A stretch of 64,000 nt of DNA. It comes from Pseudohongiella sp. (GTDB taxonomy: Bacteria; Pseudomonadota; Gammaproteobacteria; Pseudomonadales; Pseudohongiellaceae). The notes under the pieces are model-generated. The model did not search any database, was not told where the DNA came from, and saw only the letters and a program-made list of their open reading frames with translations. The translations under genes were made by a program, and so were the position numbers. The stretch is from NCBI GenBank assembly GCA_030696315.1, contig JAUYSM010000075.1:72580-136579 (forward strand). Direction: 5' to 3'. Shown here piece after piece: positions 60,420 to 64,000 of this stretch (positions within the stretch are counted from its first letter, which is position 1; every line of letters begins with the position of its first letter).

Positions 60420-60959
60420 ATGAAACTTTTTCCGAGCACAATTCAATCTTCGAGAAGCAAGCGCTTGCTGAATAGCATGATGCTCGGCGCTGTGATTGTA
60501 CTGGCCAGCACAGGTGCAAGTACTGCGTTTGCAGACAGGACATACACAACCGTCGTTCGTGAGACGGTTTATTACTCCCCATCCAGAGTCATTGTCTCTC
60601 CGACCGTGATTGTGCCCGTCAGCAACTCGGTCTACATCGGTGTCGGTGGCGGAACGTATGTCACTCATCAACCTAGACAAACCGTTGTTTATCGCGAAGT
60701 GACGCGACACAACGATCGTTACGATGATCGTTACGATGATCGTTACTACAGGGGTAACAAGTATCAAGGTAACTCGGTATGGGGTTACTCCGGTCATGGC
60801 AATGCGCATGGTCATCGCAACAAAGAGCCGGTTCGTGGACGATGGTCGGGCTCCGATCGTCACAGAGACGTCATTTATGTTGAAAAGGATGGGCGCCGGA
60901 ATTCAAGTTATCGGGAAACCGAAAGACGCAGTGTCGAAATACGCGATCGCAGCCGTTAA
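60420..60959 (+). CDS. Hypothetical secreted low-complexity protein (Val/Tyr-rich, then Arg/Asp/His-rich)
   Basis: GGAGGG RBS; signal peptide ending AFA-D; own terminator. Confidence 0.7.
   Translation: MKLFPSTIQSSRSKRLLNSMMLGAVIVLASTGASTAFADRTYTTVVRETVYYSPSRVIVSPTVIVPVSNSVYIGVGGGTYVTHQPRQTVVYREVTRHNDRYDDRYDDRYYRGNKYQGNSVWGYSGHGNAHGHRNKEPVRGRWSGSDRHRDVIYVEKDGRRNSSYRETERRSVEIRDRSR
60714..60746 (+). repeat. 12 bp coding tandem repeat (DRYD) x2.75
   Basis: GATCGTTACGAT GATCGTTACGAT GATCGTTAC. Confidence 0.9.
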
Positions 60960-60999
60960 TCGCGACCGTTGAGGAAGAGTAATTATCAGGCTAGTTTGT

Positions 61000-61039
61000 G
61001 GGGAGGGATGGTTTTTGAAACCAGACCTCCCTTTTTTTT
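61000..61039 (+). terminator. Rho-independent terminator
   Basis: GGGAGG..TGGTTT / AAACCA..CCTCCC followed by a T tract; coordinates are good to a few nt. Confidence 0.7.
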
Positions 61040-61062
61040 GGGGAAGTAACCCTAGAGCAAAA

Positions 61063-61692
61063 TCAACCAGTTGATTTCATGACAGACACAAAACCGTTAG
61101 TTCCGCTGTATTGCCATTGGGCTTCGTTGCTGTTGTGGACGTGATTTACTGACTCATACTGAACATAGTCAAAAAACGCATTTGACGGCAAGCCGTTAAT
61201 CACAATCGGCGCGCCTGCGAGCCCACGCATCATCTTCATTTCCACAGAAGATTCCGGGGTGCTGAAACGCAAAATGTCGCCTTCTTCACTGATTTGCAGC
61301 TCAACCGATTCCCTGATCCGTGCCAGTGCATGGAAGCCGGTAAACGCCAGAGGCAGCAGTTTATTCAGCGTCGCTGATTGCGCATTGGTCATAGCAGCAT
61401 CCATGTAGAGTCGTGTCCACTGGCCCATGGAAAATGTCACCAGAAATTTGATACCGGCAAGATTTTCACCTTCAAGTTGGCCTTCACGAATCTGAATCAA
61501 TCGATTGCCCAGGCAGCCCTTATCGGTTGGTCTGCCAAAATTGCATGGACACGGAATGGCGCAGCTGCAGCATTCTGCGACATCAGCAACAAACGACCAG
61601 CGTGGTGTTTCTGCCGCCACTGCATTGCCAGCCTTGAGTGCTGGCAATACGGAGGCTGCGCCCAGCAGCAATGTAAACTCTCGTCGGTTCAT
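61063..61692 (-). CDS. Tat-exported DUF1326 family protein
   Basis: Twin-Arg signal MNRREFTLLLGAA...AVA-A; Cys cluster ECCSCAIPCPC...C. Confidence 0.8.
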   Translation of the reverse strand: MNRREFTLLLGAASVLPALKAGNAVAAETPRWSFVADVAECCSCAIPCPCNFGRPTDKGCLGNRLIQIREGQLEGENLAGIKFLVTFSMGQWTRLYMDAAMTNAQSATLNKLLPLAFTGFHALARIRESVELQISEEGDILRFSTPESSVEMKMMRGLAGAPIVINGLPSNAFFDYVQYESVNHVHNSNEAQWQYSGTNGFVSVMKSTG

Positions 61693-61744
61693 TTTTCTTC
61701 TCCCGTAATGTTGCATGGACTTAAAGTAATGCGTTTATAGCAAG

Positions 61745-63022
61745 TTACGAATCAAGTGCCGCAAGCTCAACGCACAGCACAAACACCTGCATGGCCTCAT
61801 CAATTTCTGCCAGGCTTGGAAAGGACGGCGCAAGTCGGATATTGGTATTCTGAGGGTCTTTTTTATACGGCCAGGTTGAGCCAGCGGGTGTCAATTTTAC
61901 GCCGGCGCCTGCACATAACTTGACCACCTTGTCGGCCATACCCGGTAAGGTGTCAAACAAAATGAAGTAACCGCCTGCTGGCACCGTCCAGCTGCCAAGT
62001 GTTTGCCCGTTGACTGCTTTGCCTGCAAGCCCTTGGTTCAGGTGCTTTAACACCAGTTCAAACTTGGGTTGCAAAATGGCGCGATGTTGTTGCATCAAAC
62101 CGCGCAGGGTTGGCAGGTCTTTCAGAAAACGTATGTGCCTGAGCTGATTAACTTTATCTGGCCCTATTGTTGAAATGCCAAGCAGATCAGCAAAATGTTT
62201 GATATTACTTTCAGACGTGGCAATAAAGGCAATACCAGCACCGGCCAATGTGATTTTGGACGTTGAGCCAATCACAATGACGTTATCGAGCGTGCCGTAC
62301 TTTTCGCTCAGAGCGATCACGTTGGTCAGTTCCGGGGGATTATCGACCAGGTGGTGTTCAGCGTAGGCGTTGTCCCACAAGATTCTGAAGTTGGCACCCG
62401 CCATAGTGCCCAGTTTGGCAAAACGCTCAACTACGTCCGCTGAATACACGACGCCATTCGGGTTGGCGTATTTGGGTACGCACCAGATCCCTTTGATCAG
62501 AGGGTCGTTGCGTAACAACGCTTCGATACTGTCCATATCGGGACCATTGTCATCCATGGTGATGGGGATCATTTCGATACCCAAGGCTTCACAAATGGAA
62601 AAATGGCGATCATAACCGGGCGCAGGGCACAGGAACTTGATGCGTTGGCCATTCGTGGCTTCTTTGATCCATGCTGAGTCAGCGCCGCGCACGCCATGCA
62701 GGTAGGCTCCTTCTACATACTGGTACATCATCTGCAGAGAGCTGTTGCCTCCCACCATGATCTGTGCGGTTTTGGCGCCGAGATAGTCTGCTGCAAACTG
62801 GCGTGCCTCCGGGATGCCCAGTCCGCCGCCATAGTTGCGTGCATCCGAGCCGTCGGAGCACTTGAAATCGCCTTGCAGTATGCCGTCCATTGCATTGCTG
62901 AGATTCAGCTGTGCCGTGGCCGGTTTTCCCCGGGTTAAATCCAGGTTAAGGTTTTTTGCCTGAATTTGCTGGTACTGGTTCAGTAATTCCTGGCGACGCG
63001 CCTGTGTGTTGCTGGTGCTCAA
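61745..63022 (-). CDS. Class I/II PLP aminotransferase of the AspT/Rv3722c-like aspartate transaminase family
   Basis: LDLTRGKP, DARNYGG, PGYDRHF, WCVPKYANP, WDNAY, STSKIT, NIRLAPS; TTG start after AGGAG. Confidence 0.85.
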   Translation of the reverse strand: MSTSNTQARRQELLNQYQQIQAKNLNLDLTRGKPATAQLNLSNAMDGILQGDFKCSDGSDARNYGGGLGIPEARQFAADYLGAKTAQIMVGGNSSLQMMYQYVEGAYLHGVRGADSAWIKEATNGQRIKFLCPAPGYDRHFSICEALGIEMIPITMDDNGPDMDSIEALLRNDPLIKGIWCVPKYANPNGVVYSADVVERFAKLGTMAGANFRILWDNAYAEHHLVDNPPELTNVIALSEKYGTLDNVIVIGSTSKITLAGAGIAFIATSESNIKHFADLLGISTIGPDKVNQLRHIRFLKDLPTLRGLMQQHRAILQPKFELVLKHLNQGLAGKAVNGQTLGSWTVPAGGYFILFDTLPGMADKVVKLCAGAGVKLTPAGSTWPYKKDPQNTNIRLAPSFPSLAEIDEAMQVFVLCVELAALDS

Positions 63023-63159
63023 GTGAGACTCCTTGATCAAATCGGAACTGGAAAGCAGGTTTTGTCAAATGCCGGGCAAGGCGGTAGACATTTACTGGCA
63101 AAGCGGGGCGCGATTTTACAGTATACTCGCCGCAACTTCGATGCACCGGATGAGAATTC

Positions 63160-64000
63160 ATGAACAAAAGCAAGTCAGGTAATGTTCTTGAACTATCAGA
63201 TGACTCATCATCGATTGATTTCCCCGGCGTGGCCGAGCGGCATCCTTATGATGTGCTAGGGCCAGATCAGGTGTTGGACGCCGTTGAGGGCTTGGGTTTG
63301 CCGAGCAGCGCCCGGGTTTTTGCTCTGAACAGTTATGAAAATCGTGTGTACCAGATAGGGCTGGAGGATGGCAGTTTTGTGATTGCCAAGTTTTATCGCC
63401 CTGAGCGCTGGAGTGACGCGCAGATTCTTGAAGAACATGCGTTTACTTTGGAGCTGGAGTCACTCGAAATCCCGGTAGTCCCGCCGATGCTGGTCGATGG
63501 TAAGACCTTACATTCCTGCGTTTTTGGCGATCAGACATTCCGTTTTTCTCTGTTTCCGCGACTGGCGGGTCGGCCACCCGAGTTGGATAATCCAGATAAT
63601 CTGCAAGTGATGGGGCGGTTCCTTGGGCGAGTACACCGCGTAGGCTCACAAGCCTTATTCCAGCATCGTATTGAACTGAGCATTGATCAGTGGGCCGTGA
63701 AAAGCAGATCTTTCCTGATTGAGAGGAATTTTATACCTGCCGCGTTGATGCCTGCCTACGCGTCTTTAACGCTGGATTTGATCGAGCGAATCAATAGGGC
63801 ATTCAACAATTGTGGCCCGTTACAGCGCTTGCGCTTGCATGGTGATTGTCATCCCGGCAATGTGCTTTGGCGAGGAGATCAGCCCTGGTTTGTCGATTTT
63901 GATGATGCCATCAATGGTCCGGCCATCCAGGATTTGTGGATGATGTTGTCGGGTGATCGTGATCAGCGTCAGGCACAGCTGTTGGAAATCATCGAAGCTT
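63160..64000 (+). CDS. srkA: Stress-response Ser/Thr kinase SrkA/RdoA (YihE), truncated by the window end (absent from the ORF track)
   Basis: ALNSYENRVY, AKFYRPERWS, ILEEHAF, HGDCHPGN, VDFDD, QDLWM. Confidence 0.93.
   Translation, partial: MNKSKSGNVLELSDDSSSIDFPGVAERHPYDVLGPDQVLDAVEGLGLPSSARVFALNSYENRVYQIGLEDGSFVIAKFYRPERWSDAQILEEHAFTLELESLEIPVVPPMLVDGKTLHSCVFGDQTFRFSLFPRLAGRPPELDNPDNLQVMGRFLGRVHRVGSQALFQHRIELSIDQWAVKSRSFLIERNFIPAALMPAYASLTLDLIERINRAFNNCGPLQRLRLHGDCHPGNVLWRGDQPWFVDFDDAINGPAIQDLWMMLSGDRDQRQAQLLEIIEA

Overview
64 kb of gammaproteobacterial chromosome, about 50-55% GC in core genes. FabY, an ectoine-type aspartokinase and the rlmH-mrdA-rlpA-dacA-lipBA and miaB-ybeY-leuS-lptE-holA blocks suggest a marine Pseudomonadales/Cellvibrionales-like organism (inference). 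Most of the window is housekeeping. Accessory or notable parts: (1) an AT-rich ~5.9 kb island with a complete three-gene Detocs-type anti-phage system and no mobility genes; (2) an organic-acid/ester uptake locus (TonB receptor, GntP-type permease, acyl-CoA ligase, MetX-like esterase) beside a CrbS/CrbR-like two-component pair; (3) an EF-hand / ECF sigma / anti-sigma / periplasmic metal-sensor operon; (4) a Pro-rich upstream ORF with competing hairpins before proA; (5) an uncharacterised cassette of a ~6TM class III cyclase divergent from an ICMT-family methyltransferase and a GNAT/LuxI-like protein, the best candidate for an undescribed system. No tRNA, rRNA, CRISPR array, integrase or transposase was seen. 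Starts were moved from the ORF track where a better RBS/start was visible. All family calls come from motif recognition, not database searches.
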